In this document: positions 1 to 9,322 of the stretch, piece by piece
Layout: each line of letters opens with the position of its first letter
How positions within the stretch are numbered: position 1 is the stretch's first letter
Notes under the pieces: generated by a model
Databases searched by the model: none
What the model was told of the DNA's origin: nothing
What the model saw: the letters and a program-made list of their open reading frames with translations, nothing else
Made by a program: the position numbers and the translations under genes
Source: Escherichia phage vB_EcoM_G2133
DNA: 64,000 nt
Sequence record: MK327928.1
Strand: one strand, 5' to 3'

Positions 1-11
1 AATTTTCCTTA

Positions 12-2244
12 TTAGGCCGCAAGGGCCTTCATAGTTTTAGCGATTTGGGAAACTTCATCATCGCTTAAAGAATTACGATAACCGATGAAGTCGGAAACAA
101 TACGGAATTTCTTGGTAAACTCAGCAACCATTTTATCACTATTTTTTGAAGCATTACGTGATAATTCATCAAAGAGATTAGTTACTGTCCAGATATCATG
201 ACCGATGGTATCTTTTCCACCATTGAAATACACACCGCGTAATGAACTAACCATATTACCAAGTCGTGTATATTCTTCAGAAACTTCATCTGTACTGAAG
301 TACTTCATCATAAAATCTAGTTCAGGATACTTGATAATTTTATCAATATATCGTTGAGCTGAACTTGAATAACCTACATACTTATCATAATCTACATCAT
401 CAAAAGCATCTACATATAAATCACGCAAAGCTTCAAAAATACATTGGCACTGACCGAGTTCTTTTACCTTTTTCTGTAAAAGCGGACGAATAACATAAAA
501 TTCATTAATGCCAATAAGATTAGCCATACGAATCAAAATATTCATAGATGGATGACAAAGTGATGTAGTACCATCCAGCCATACGAATCAAAATATTCAT
601 AGATGGATGACAAAGTGATGTAGTACCATCCATAGAGAAAATATCAGAACGATGCATATACGCTACATAACCAGTAATTTCATCTGCTTCTGACGTAAGT
701 GTAAATAGTTCCTCTTTTTCCCAGCGCCCGTCTTTAATTTCAAACTTAAATGCTGTAGCAGCTTTAGGACGAGGAGCTTTACTTTTAACTACCTTTGGAA
801 TATAGCTTTTAACTAAAGCTTCAATTTCTGACAAATAATGAATGTTAACTTCATCACTTTCAAACATCGCTATAATATCAGGAAGCAAATCAATCTGCGA
901 TTCTACTTCTGGATTAATAAACAGAAGGCGTTCGTTGTGATGAATATTCAAAGCGTTATTAAATTCACTATCATCTAACGCACGTGCTAATCCACGGACA
1001 ATATTAACACGATTTTTAATATTATCAATAACAATATTAATTTTTGTTGTATTAATACCAAACAGACGATAGCTTGATGCAACGGCTGAAGTTTCATGAC
1101 TTTGCTTAATGCGTTTCAGTCGAGGGTCAAGATTTACTTCATACACAACTCCTGCATTGCATAACTTACTATCAGGTTCAAACATACTCTGCATCTTTTT
1201 ATATGACAGATTTTTAGTCGTGAATTTGACTGAATTACTAATCATATAATCTCGAGCAGAATACCCCATCTTCATCAATTCACGATATGTGTGACGAGGA
1301 GATGTAGATTCTTTAAATCGTTTTACATCTTCATTAAATGCTTTCTCACTGAGTTCTTTAACACGCTCAATAATATTTTTACGAGTACGATCATCCAGCG
1401 AAAGAGCCTCGCGAGATGGAGCAATATCAAGTGAACCCATTGGAAACTTAATGTAATTCACTTCATTGCGAATGCTTAGCCAGTTACGGTCTCTAATAAC
1501 ACCATCGATAGGATAAACAATACCGCCATAGATAGCATATAATCCACCACGATCAGGCCAGTATCTTTCTGGATTTACACCGTAATAGTCATCAAAATCC
1601 GGAAAATAATCAATTTCGCGGTCAAGACCGTTAATGATAGCCAAATCTTTGAACGGTCGCATGATATAAGAAACTTCATAAGCAAAGTTTCTAAAGTCTT
1701 TTTCTTCAACTGGAACTACGATTTCAATACCAGTTTTATCATCTGGACCCATTTCTTTTACGAATGTAGGTTTAATCTGTGGGCCATCGCCATCCATGTA
1801 AGCTACATAACCACGAATTTCACCTTTATGGTATGAAGTAATACTAAACGTATCAGTATAACTAAACGGAGATTTAGAACCTAAACCAAATCCGCCAATG
1901 AAATCGTTAGATTCAGCCTTAGATGAACTGAAGTATGAATTATACAGACCAGGAGAATTATCATCACCCTGAATATCAAAATCACTCATACCCGGACCAA
2001 AATCTCGGCAAACAAATCGTGGATCTAAACGTCCAGGAACTTGAATGATAAATTTTTCAGGATTTCCATTGAGAGCATGGGCATCAATCATGTTGGTAAT
2101 CAATTCACGGACTACTGCGCGAATTTTGTTTGTATACAAATCAGATGACAGAATTTTAAATACTTTAGGAGATGCTGTGATGCTAAATGCTTTTGATTTA
2201 GAACCATTACCAAGAATTGTTTCTTTTTCAGTGGTGATAATCAT
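12..2244 (-). pseudogene. rIIA: rIIA rapid-lysis gene, frame broken by a 55-bp tandem duplication (574-codon ORF 520..2244 plus stranded 3' part 12..545)
   Basis: N-terminus [20 protein letters not shown]; both ORFs encode MNILIRMA at the junction; removing one 55-bp copy gives a single 725-codon ORF. Confidence 0.85.
522..631. repeat. perfect 55-bp direct tandem duplication (2 copies) inside rIIA
   Basis: 522-576 and 577-631 are identical: agccatacgaatcaaaatattcatagatggatgacaaagtgatgtagtaccatcc. Confidence 0.95.
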
Positions 2245-2254
2245 AATTTCCTCA

Positions 2255-2458
2255 TTAATTCATATTACGCTTAATAACTTCAGCAACTTCTAGTAGTTCA
2301 TCTTTAGTTGCGGTGTCGGATTGAATTTTATCTCTAATATCTTTAAAGCGGTTTTTAAATTCTTCGGCTTCTCCCATATCGAAAAAGCGTTGAATGATTC
2401 TATATTCTCGATGAACTGCTTTATCAAAAAGTTCTAAATTTACTTTATATGATTTCAT
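2255..2458 (-). CDS. hypothetical small protein (rIIA.1-like)
   Basis: 67-aa ORF between early promoter 2484..2513 and rIIA. Confidence 0.5.
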   Translation of the reverse strand: MKSYKVNLELFDKAVHREYRIIQRFFDMGEAEEFKNRFKDIRDKIQSDTATKDELLEVAEVIKRNMN

Positions 2459-2483
2459 TTCAATATCCTCATTTGCCCAATTA

Positions 2484-2513
2484 ATTATACCACATCCTTG
2501 TGGTAAAGTAAAC
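2484..2513 (-). promoter_or_regulatory. T4-type early promoter (GTTTAC, 18-bp spacer, TATAAT)
   Basis: minus strand GTTTAC (2513..2508) and TATAAT (2489..2484) preceded by tgg. Confidence 0.6.
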
Positions 2514-4333
2514 TACTGGCTCATCCATTCTTTACGAAGGTCAGCATTATCTCCCATAAGCATTTCAAAAAGCTCTTTCCAATTCTCAGGAAGTTTAACA
2601 ACATCATATACTGGGTTTTGAATCATCTCACGATATTCAGATTTTTCCAAAGAGCCAAGTCCTTTAATATAACGGATGCTATGTTTAGGTAGAGCATCTT
2701 TGGCACTCTCATATTCAGCGACTGTATAAAACCATTCTTGTTTTTTACCGACCTGAGCGATGATTACAGGAGTTTTGACAAAGCGAATTCGTCCTTGTTC
2801 AAATAGTTCTGGCCAATTACTAAAAAATCCGAGCAGAGAAGGATAAATGCTTCCTAGACCATCATGGTCAGCATCAGTCATAATAGCAATATTGCGATAA
2901 TTCAAGTTTTCAGCTTTTTCACCAAGAACTAGACCAGTGATTGCGCAAATATCAAATAGTTCTTTGTTTTTAAGCATATCAGCATATGACATACCCCAAC
3001 TGTTGAGAACTTTACCACGTAATGGATAACCACCATGAAGTTCTTTATCACGAACATCAATAAGATAGCCGATAGCAGAATCACCCTCAGTCAAGAAAAG
3101 AGTAGTATCAGCATCTTTACCGCAAAGATTCGCTTTAATATGTTTATGAACCTTAGCTTTAGAAGCCTTTTTAGCTGCTTTAGTTTCTGCTGCTTTTTCT
3201 GCCGCCAATTTACGAGCCAAAGCAGCTTCAATAATCGGCATTAGAATTGCTTCATTATTTAGAATAGCGCGTGAAATCTTTTTAGCATCAAGCTGAATAT
3301 GACTACGAATTTCGCCAAATGGAGAAGTCAAACACTCTTTAGTTTGAGAATCAAATCGCATGTTTTTCATATCACGAACAAACATAACGATAATCAAACA
3401 TTCTTTGACACGCGCTTTAGTTACATCAATTTTGAACTTACGTTTGATTTGTGGAATAAGGTCTTCACAAATATCATCCATAACACAATCAATGTGATGG
3501 CCACCATTCTTAGTGTGAATGTTATTCACATAAGTTAATTGACGAAAACCATCCGGTGAACGACCAACCGCAATAGAACAATTTTCTTGCTCTTGGACGA
3601 TAGCATGCTCATCATATTGGCGTGCATATTTCTTAAAATTGCCCTGAACCTTTTTACCATTAAAGGTAAATTGAATATCAGGATAAACAACAGCAAGTGT
3701 CTGGAGACGATCCAGTGTAATGTCAAGATAAACTTGGGACAGCTCATTAGTTTCAAATGACATAAAATCAGGAATGAAAGTAACACGAGTTCCTTTCCAT
3801 TTTCCAGGAATATCTTCCCATGATTTATTTTCCATGCCATTTGAACAACGAACTACAATATTATTTTGACCATCACCAGTTTCACCGACAAACATCACAG
3901 AAAAAATGTTTGTCAAACTAGAACCAACACCGTTCATACCACCAGTGACGCGTTCTTTATCATCACCAAAGTTACCACCTGCTTTTGGAATAGTCCAGGC
4001 AGCAACTGGACCAGGAATTTCTTCACCGGTAGGTGTTTTAACCATCGCCTGTGGAATACCACGACCGTTATCTTCAACTGTTACTTGATTGTTTTTAATA
4101 GTAACATTAATTTTATTTGCGAATTTAAACTTAGTACGAATACCTTCATCTACTGAGTTATCGATAATTTCATCAATAAGCTTAACAAGACCAGGTACAT
4201 ACTGAACACTTTCCCATTTACCAAACAGAAAGCGCTCATGCATTTCATTAGCAGAAGAGCCAATGTACATGCCACTACGCTTTTTGATATGTTCAATATC
4301 GCTCAGAATTTTAATTTCATTCTTAATCATCAC
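2513..4333 (-). CDS. 39: DNA topoisomerase II large subunit gp39 (ATPase plus Toprim), uninterrupted
   Basis: 606-aa ORF; N-terminus MIKNEIKILSDIEHIKKRSGMYIGS; Toprim LTEGDSA; DNGRGIP ATPase motif. Confidence 0.85.
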   Translation of the reverse strand: MMIKNEIKILSDIEHIKKRSGMYIGSSANEMHERFLFGKWESVQYVPGLVKLIDEIIDNSVDEGIRTKFKFANKINVTIKNNQVTVEDNGRGIPQAMVKTPTGEEIPGPVAAWTIPKAGGNFGDDKERVTGGMNGVGSSLTNIFSVMFVGETGDGQNNIVVRCSNGMENKSWEDIPGKWKGTRVTFIPDFMSFETNELSQVYLDITLDRLQTLAVVYPDIQFTFNGKKVQGNFKKYARQYDEHAIVQEQENCSIAVGRSPDGFRQLTYVNNIHTKNGGHHIDCVMDDICEDLIPQIKRKFKIDVTKARVKECLIIVMFVRDMKNMRFDSQTKECLTSPFGEIRSHIQLDAKKISRAILNNEAILMPIIEAALARKLAAEKAAETKAAKKASKAKVHKHIKANLCGKDADTTLFLTEGDSAIGYLIDVRDKELHGGYPLRGKVLNSWGMSYADMLKNKELFDICAITGLVLGEKAENLNYRNIAIMTDADHDGLGSIYPSLLGFFSNWPELFEQGRIRFVKTPVIIAQVGKKQEWFYTVAEYESAKDALPKHSIRYIKGLGSLEKSEYREMIQNPVYDVVKLPENWKELFEMLMGDNADLRKEWMSQ

Positions 4334-4357
4334 TTATCCTCGTTTGGTTTCGGGAAT

Positions 4358-4382
4358 ATTATACTCCAATATTCATAAAGCT
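4358..4382 (-). promoter_or_regulatory. MotA-dependent middle promoter for gene 39 (aGCTTTA box, 12-bp spacer, TATAAT)
   Basis: minus strand aGCTTTA-tgaatattggag-TATAAT, about 25 nt upstream of the gp39 ATG with GAGGA ribosome-binding site. Confidence 0.5.
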
Positions 4383-4400
4383 AAAGGCCCGAAGGCCTTT
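4383..4400 (-). terminator. stem-loop with UUCG tetraloop (aaaggcc-uucg-ggccuuu)
   Basis: 7-bp stem and 4-nt loop at the 3' end of ORF 4400..4669. Confidence 0.5.
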
Positions 4401-4669
4401 TATTTAAAACGGATAGTCGAATCCTTAAAGAACAGCCCAGAACATACTGTTCCTTCTACTTTCTGCCCGGTAGGTCCAATAGCACGAAATCCAGTATGTT
4501 GGAAATCATTTTCAGAGCAACCGAACCAGTTATATCCAGTGATTTCAATATTAGTAAAACCGCTTGAAGATAAAACTTTGGTTGCATTATCAGCATCAGT
4601 ACATCCTACTAAAGATACTGCTAATACTAATGCTGCGATAGAACGATTAATATATTTCATAATTTTCAC
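4400..4669 (-). CDS. predicted lipoprotein
   Basis: 89 aa; signal peptide with lipobox LVGC. Confidence 0.5.
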   Translation of the reverse strand: MKIMKYINRSIAALVLAVSLVGCTDADNATKVLSSSGFTNIEITGYNWFGCSENDFQHTGFRAIGPTGQKVEGTVCSGLFFKDSTIRFK

Positions 4670-5037
4670 TTAAATTTAATGGCTTGAAGAAGACTAATAA
4701 CTCTCAAGCGACTTCTTTCATCTTTAACTGTAAAGGAAAGAGGGTCACCAGATTTCATAGTGATAGTACATGCAAAATCAAAATCTTCTGTGATTTCTTC
4801 GAAGAAGTCAAATTCTTCATCATAAATTAGAACACTACTTTGCAGACTGTGAAGAGTTTTTCCAGCATTTCCAGATGCTGTACCAATCATTGTAACATTA
4901 TGACCTTTCATATCTTCAACGATAAATTCACTAGTCAATATTACAGCATTAATAGAACTATTCCTATTACTAGCAGAAAGTAGAAATTTCTGTTCTTCAC
5001 CTTCGCGAATACGATATTTCTTACCCATTTTAAACAT
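4666..5037 (-). CDS. hypothetical protein
   Basis: 123-aa ORF in the operon, stop abuts next start. Confidence 0.45.
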   Translation of the reverse strand: MFKMGKKYRIREGEEQKFLLSASNRNSSINAVILTSEFIVEDMKGHNVTMIGTASGNAGKTLHSLQSSVLIYDEEFDFFEEITEDFDFACTITMKSGDPLSFTVKDERSRLRVISLLQAIKFK

Positions 5038-5039
5038 AA

Positions 5040-5216
5040 TTATCCCTTAAGTAAGTCGTAAAATCCGCCATTCACATGCTTAGGAGCAGAAGGCCGACGA
5101 GTAGACAAACGATGACATTTAGGGCAAACATCATTTTCTCGTTCAGAAATCTTTTTAATTTTTTCATATTCATGCCCACAATCTTCGGATTGGCATTTAT
5201 AATCATACATTGGCAT
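5040..5216 (-). CDS. small zinc-ribbon protein (FmdB-like CxxC...CxxC), 58 aa, not in ORF track
   Basis: translation MPMYDYKCQSEDCGHEYEKIKKISERENDVCPKCHRLSTRRPSAPKHVNGGFYDLLKG; stop overlaps next ATG. Confidence 0.5.
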   Translation of the reverse strand: MPMYDYKCQSEDCGHEYEKIKKISERENDVCPKCHRLSTRRPSAPKHVNGGFYDLLKG

Positions 5217-5218
5217 AA

Positions 5219-5644
5219 TTATTCCTTAAAGTGTGCTTTCAGCATCTGATACAAAGACCATGCCTGTTCATTATTTTCAATAGTAACTTTCATGACCGGG
5301 AATTCTGTGAAATCTTCTATTTGTTCTTGCTCTTTCTCTTCCTGCTCTTGCTCTCCAGATGCCTGATATGGATTTTCCACTTCATCAAAGAACCCAGCTT
5401 CGTTAGTAGAAAGCCAGATAAAGTTTTCGTCAAGGATATCACCATGTGTTGCGTATCCAACCATGCCAGTAGATGTCACAATTTTAGTAGGACGCCCAAG
5501 ATAATCAGCATCTAAAATTTTAAAAGGTTCCATACCTAAACGCCGTGCGTAGATTCCGTTATCAGTATGGTCTTTAATAAAATTTTCTTGAGCTTGTTTA
5601 TTTTTAAATTGATACCATTTATTAACTTCAAATTTAATAGCCAT
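5219..5644 (-). CDS. hypothetical protein (goF-like by size and position)
   Basis: 141-aa ORF, acidic [11 protein letters not shown] stretch. Confidence 0.4.
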   Translation of the reverse strand: MAIKFEVNKWYQFKNKQAQENFIKDHTDNGIYARRLGMEPFKILDADYLGRPTKIVTSTGMVGYATHGDILDENFIWLSTNEAGFFDEVENPYQASGEQEQEEKEQEQIEDFTEFPVMKVTIENNEQAWSLYQMLKAHFKE

Positions 5645-5859
5645 TAATAAATTTCCTTCCAGTAAGTTGTGCCATCTTCAGTAATTTCACGAAATACACC
5701 GTAAATTGGCTGTTTATCACCGACTTTCTCATACACATAAACCGAAGTCAAGTGAGTAAACTTAACAGTATGTTCCTTTTTAACCACTACCAAATCTGGA
5801 TCAAATAATACATCTTCAAATTCGTCATTAGTGCAATTCTGAACAATTTTACGTTTCAT
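5644..5859 (-). CDS. hypothetical protein (cef-like by size and position)
   Basis: 71-aa ORF. Confidence 0.4.
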   Translation of the reverse strand: MKRKIVQNCTNDEFEDVLFDPDLVVVKKEHTVKFTHLTSVYVYEKVGDKQPIYGVFREITEDGTTYWKEIY

Positions 5860-5872
5860 TACAATTTCCTCA

Positions 5873-6142
5873 TTAATTAAACAGTGGAGCGATACGTTTC
5901 AGAAGAGTAGCAGCACCTTTAGCGAATTTTACATCATGAAAAACAGTTTCTTCTTCTGTAACAACTCGAACTTTAATATTTTCACAATCCCAATTTTTAC
6001 GAACAATCTTCAAAAGCTGCAGTAAATCTTTACATTCAGCAATATCGATAACACATCCACGAGAATCTTCCATTATCGCACGATAACCGTAAGCCATACC
6101 ATAATCGTTGAAAGATTGCTCGATGATAATTAAGTTTTCCAT
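5873..6142 (-). CDS. hypothetical protein (likely start at ATG 6142; track start 6154 is TTG)
   Basis: GGAG 8 nt upstream of ATG; leader shared with ORF 51169..52137. Confidence 0.45.
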   Translation of the reverse strand: MENLIIIEQSFNDYGMAYGYRAIMEDSRGCVIDIAECKDLLQLLKIVRKNWDCENIKVRVVTEEETVFHDVKFAKGAATLLKRIAPLFN

Positions 6143-6166
6143 TTTATTCTCCAAGTTGTTTTCTGT

Positions 6167-6209
6167 ATCAGTAGTTGATATTGATATAGTACCATAATCA
6201 ACTACTGAT
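6167..6209. repeat. perfect 13-bp inverted repeat (atcagtagttgat / atcaactactgat) around a promoter -10-like box
   Basis: arms 6167-6179 and 6197-6209, 17-bp spacer containing tatagtacc. Confidence 0.8.
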
Positions 6210-6239
6210 GTATATAGTTTTATGAAAAAATTTTAAACT

Positions 6240-6728
6240 TTATGCATAGAGAGCATTGCTATAGTGTTTAATCCAACTTTCAGGAATGACTTTGTATGTT
6301 CCTAAAAATACCACGTTGTACAACTTAACGCCATCTTCTACCCATTGATCGGTAATGTATGCACACATAGCGCGAGTATAAACAGCCTTTCCATCATCTT
6401 TGATAAATTTAAATTCGCAAGGAGCAACGAACTTAATAGCTTGACCGAGTTTCCACTTAAAGTCTACACCTACATGCGAAGTATCAATCGTTTCAATTCC
6501 TTTAGCAGGAACAGCTTTCAAAAACGCAGACTCAAGAAATTTCGCACGAACATAGCCAAACTGAGGTTTAGACTTTCCATCTTTAGGAATGATACGCACT
6601 TTTACTTCAGAATCTTCATCTTTAACACCGTGTTTAAGCTGAATGCTTACAATTTCGACCAATTTTCCTGCTGCTTTAGAACGGGATTTATCAGATACAC
6701 GAGCTAATTCACCAATATTAATAATCAT
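6240..6728 (-). CDS. motB: MotB-like protein
   Basis: 162-aa ORF at the T4 motB position; C-terminus paralogous to ORF 6805..7338. Confidence 0.55.
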   Translation of the reverse strand: MIINIGELARVSDKSRSKAAGKLVEIVSIQLKHGVKDEDSEVKVRIIPKDGKSKPQFGYVRAKFLESAFLKAVPAKGIETIDTSHVGVDFKWKLGQAIKFVAPCEFKFIKDDGKAVYTRAMCAYITDQWVEDGVKLYNVVFLGTYKVIPESWIKHYSNALYA

Positions 6729-6772
6729 AGTTATCTCTCACTTGTTAAAAAGATTTTATACTCCGCGGGACC

Positions 6773-6802
6773 ATTATACTCTGGTCCCAAGAGTTTGTAA
6801 AC
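6773..6802 (-). promoter_or_regulatory. T4-type early promoter
   Basis: GTTTAC (6802..6797), 18-bp spacer, TATAAT (6778..6773). Confidence 0.6.
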
Positions 6803-6804
6803 TA

Positions 6805-7338
6805 TTAATTTAAAATAGCTACCACCGCACTACGAGGTACTACGCTAAAATCACCTGCATGAACAACATTCAGAAGTTCAACGCCATCTTCAATCCATTG
6901 GTCTGTTACCCAACCACAGACCGAAATAAATGGAGTCTTGATAGCTACCGCACGAGTCAGAAGGTCAGTAGGATCGCATTCTTGGAAGAGGATGAATTCA
7001 TCTTCATAAACCAGATTTTTCTCTATTTTGTTATTATCTAAACGACGACCGTGGACAATATAAGATTTAGTAAACCATTTACTTTTTTCAAAGTCTTCAA
7101 CAATAAATTCGCCTTCGCCAAAAACATCAGTCAGAATTTTATGGCCGGAAATCAAGGCATTAGTTTTAATTTTAGGTTCAACTAGTTTGTAGGTTTTGCC
7201 GATTTCAATAGCGGTAGTCATAATAGGTTCCTTAATTTCCAGTGGTTTAACAGGGCATACATAAGTACTTACAACATCAAAATCAACCAGTTTAGCTGCA
7301 GGATTTGGTGTGTATTCAGGATTATAATTAAATTTCAT
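6805..7338 (-). CDS. hypothetical protein, MotB paralog
   Basis: 177 aa; C-terminal TDQWIEDGVELLNVV matches motB TDQWVEDGVKLYNVV. Confidence 0.5.
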   Translation of the reverse strand: MKFNYNPEYTPNPAAKLVDFDVVSTYVCPVKPLEIKEPIMTTAIEIGKTYKLVEPKIKTNALISGHKILTDVFGEGEFIVEDFEKSKWFTKSYIVHGRRLDNNKIEKNLVYEDEFILFQECDPTDLLTRAVAIKTPFISVCGWVTDQWIEDGVELLNVVHAGDFSVVPRSAVVAILN

Positions 7339-7340
7339 AA

Positions 7341-7841
7341 TTATCTCATTTCAATAAAATCTACAAGTTCAGCATGGGATTTACGGAACATTACTTGATG
7401 CCCACCAATGATAACTTCATCTTCAGGAACTTCATATATAGCGAGATAAAATCCTTTAGAAGCTAATTCTTCACGCTCTTCTCGTGTGAACCATCTCATC
7501 ATATCATATTCGCTAGCAAAAGCAAAATGATAAAGAGCTATAAACCATCCTGGAATATGATATTCTACTCCAACATAATCTTTCTTGAACTTAGTATTAA
7601 TTACTATATTAGCGTTTTTAACTAATAGTTTATCTTCGTGCGGTAAAGGAATTCTTTTATTATTATCGCTATGATGCATAAAATTAGGTCTGTCATAACC
7701 TACGTGTAATAGCCACTCTTCGCTCCATGAATCTATTATACTCCTGTACGGCGTTATTTGAACACAAAGATTTCGACGTATTGTTATAGCATCTTCATAA
7801 TCAAGAATACTAAACGATGATTCAACACGATAAATTTTCAT
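7341..7841 (-). CDS. hypothetical protein
   Basis: 166-aa ORF. Confidence 0.45.
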   Translation of the reverse strand: MKIYRVESSFSILDYEDAITIRRNLCVQITPYRSIIDSWSEEWLLHVGYDRPNFMHHSDNNKRIPLPHEDKLLVKNANIVINTKFKKDYVGVEYHIPGWFIALYHFAFASEYDMMRWFTREEREELASKGFYLAIYEVPEDEVIIGGHQVMFRKSHAELVDFIEMR

Positions 7842-7869
7842 TTTTATTATCCTCAGTAGCTATGGTGTT

Positions 7870-7899
7870 ATAATACCATAACTAACCGAGGAAGTAAAC
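7870..7899 (-). promoter_or_regulatory. T4-type early promoter (-10 TATTAT)
   Basis: GTTTAC (7899..7894), 18-bp spacer, tggTATTAT. Confidence 0.45.
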
Positions 7900-7905
7900 A
7901 ACTTT

Positions 7906-8589
7906 TTATCGTTTAGTTGGAAGAGACAGAGGATCGCAATCTTCCTCTGACGGAGCATCTTCAAGACCCATAGCGTATCGCAAAGCATACTTCATCATCA
8001 GGATGTCTTTCGCACAGTCATGAATAGAATCATGCGCAACGAATCCATCTAAAGTTCCTTTTGGAAGAGGACACGTGGTCATATCACGAACAAGCAGAAG
8101 TGCTTCAATTCTGGTACGAATATCACGCTGATTCCAGAATTTACATGGTTCTAACTTAAATGTGTCAAGTTCATTCTCAGAAACACCATTAAGACGTTGA
8201 ATATCACGAATTAGATCGACTAAAATTGGAAAATCAAACGACATTCCACGGCACCAGCCTTGAGATTTCCAAGGATCGATATTATGCGCATTGATGTAAT
8301 CATTAAATTTTACAATACCATCGATAGTGCTTACATCTTCATCTGATGGTGCAATATTTTTTCGAGCTTCAGGAGACTGATTTTTCCACCATTCGATAGT
8401 GCTTTTAGTAAAAAGACGATGTCCTTTTTGGCTTTTTAAATCAAATTTGATTTTAATGCCACGTGAAACTAGTTCATCGAATGTTTCAACCACTTCTGGA
8501 TTAGGGTCAAAAGCAATTACAGCTAAATCAATAACCGCTGCTTTTTCACCGCTTCCCATTGTTTCAAAATCTATAATAAAATCAAACAT
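7906..8589 (-). CDS. dexA: exonuclease A (DEDDh 3'-5' exonuclease)
   Basis: 227 aa; N-terminal FDFIIDFETMG exonuclease motif. Confidence 0.7.
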   Translation of the reverse strand: MFDFIIDFETMGSGEKAAVIDLAVIAFDPNPEVVETFDELVSRGIKIKFDLKSQKGHRLFTKSTIEWWKNQSPEARKNIAPSDEDVSTIDGIVKFNDYINAHNIDPWKSQGWCRGMSFDFPILVDLIRDIQRLNGVSENELDTFKLEPCKFWNQRDIRTRIEALLLVRDMTTCPLPKGTLDGFVAHDSIHDCAKDILMMKYALRYAMGLEDAPSEEDCDPLSLPTKR

Positions 8590-8846
8590 TAAATTTTCCT
8601 CGCTAAATCACGAATTTGACCTACAGTATAGTCTTGAATATAAACTTTATTGATAGGCTCATCAATAAATTTTGCCATAGATTCAATGTCTTTTTGTATT
8701 TCTTCAAGACTGTATACTATCTTTAAAGCTTTTTCGCGAATAGTAATATTTTCAGGACCCTGATTTTCTTCAATGACAGCTTTAACATTTGTCATAAGAG
8801 ATTTAAATTGGTACCAACTTAATTCAATCATTAATAATCGCCTCAT
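8589..8846 (-). CDS. hypothetical small protein (paralog family 1 of 3)
   Basis: 85-aa ORF; similar to the next ORF (LEEIQKDIESM vs LEEIERDLIAL). Confidence 0.45.
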   Translation of the reverse strand: MRRLLMIELSWYQFKSLMTNVKAVIEENQGPENITIREKALKIVYSLEEIQKDIESMAKFIDEPINKVYIQDYTVGQIRDLARKI

Positions 8847-9084
8847 AAAGATAGCTAATTTCGCCTAAAACATAATCATTAATTGTAACAGTTTTCACTT
8901 CACCGCAAAAGAATTCTAACGCAATTAAATCTCGTTCAATTTCTTCTAATTGAAGCATCAACTTACTAGATTCAATTTTTACAGTTTCACGATTTTTACC
9001 ATGAGCAATTTCATAAATTTCGCTAACTTTATCCTGAAGAAGATAAAACTGATCTTTAGTTATTTCCACGAATAGCTTCCTCAA
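8824..9084 (-). CDS. hypothetical small protein (paralog family 2 of 3)
   Basis: 86-aa ORF. Confidence 0.45.
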   Translation of the reverse strand: MRKLFVEITKDQFYLLQDKVSEIYEIAHGKNRETVKIESSKLMLQLEEIERDLIALEFFCGEVKTVTINDYVLGEISYLYEAIIND

Positions 9085-9316
9085 ATTTAATTAGTAATTT
9101 ACAGACACTTTCATCTAGTGTAATTACCGTATCTGTATTACTGTGATATGATTGTTTTTCAATTCGTTTAATTGCTAATATAGTATCACTTATAAGATAA
9201 AGCTTATGAAGGAGCTCAGCTCCTGTTACCATAACATTAAGATTATCTTGCTTATTAGTATGCTTCCTTATACCATCTATTAGACGATTTAAATATTTTG
9301 AATTGATGTTAATCAT
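9056..9316 (-). CDS. hypothetical small protein (paralog family 3 of 3)
   Basis: 86-aa ORF. Confidence 0.4.
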   Translation of the reverse strand: MININSKYLNRLIDGIRKHTNKQDNLNVMVTGAELLHKLYLISDTILAIKRIEKQSYHSNTDTVITLDESVCKLLIKFEEAIRGNN

Positions 9317-9322
9317 ATATCC

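Noticed and set aside
3035-4156. Plus-strand ORFs (3035..3244, 3299..3538, 3866..4156, 3906..4088) and the many similar plus-strand ORFs across the window
   Set aside because: All lie antisense inside well-supported minus-strand genes, lack ribosome-binding sites and have low-complexity translations typical of chance frames in AT-rich DNA.
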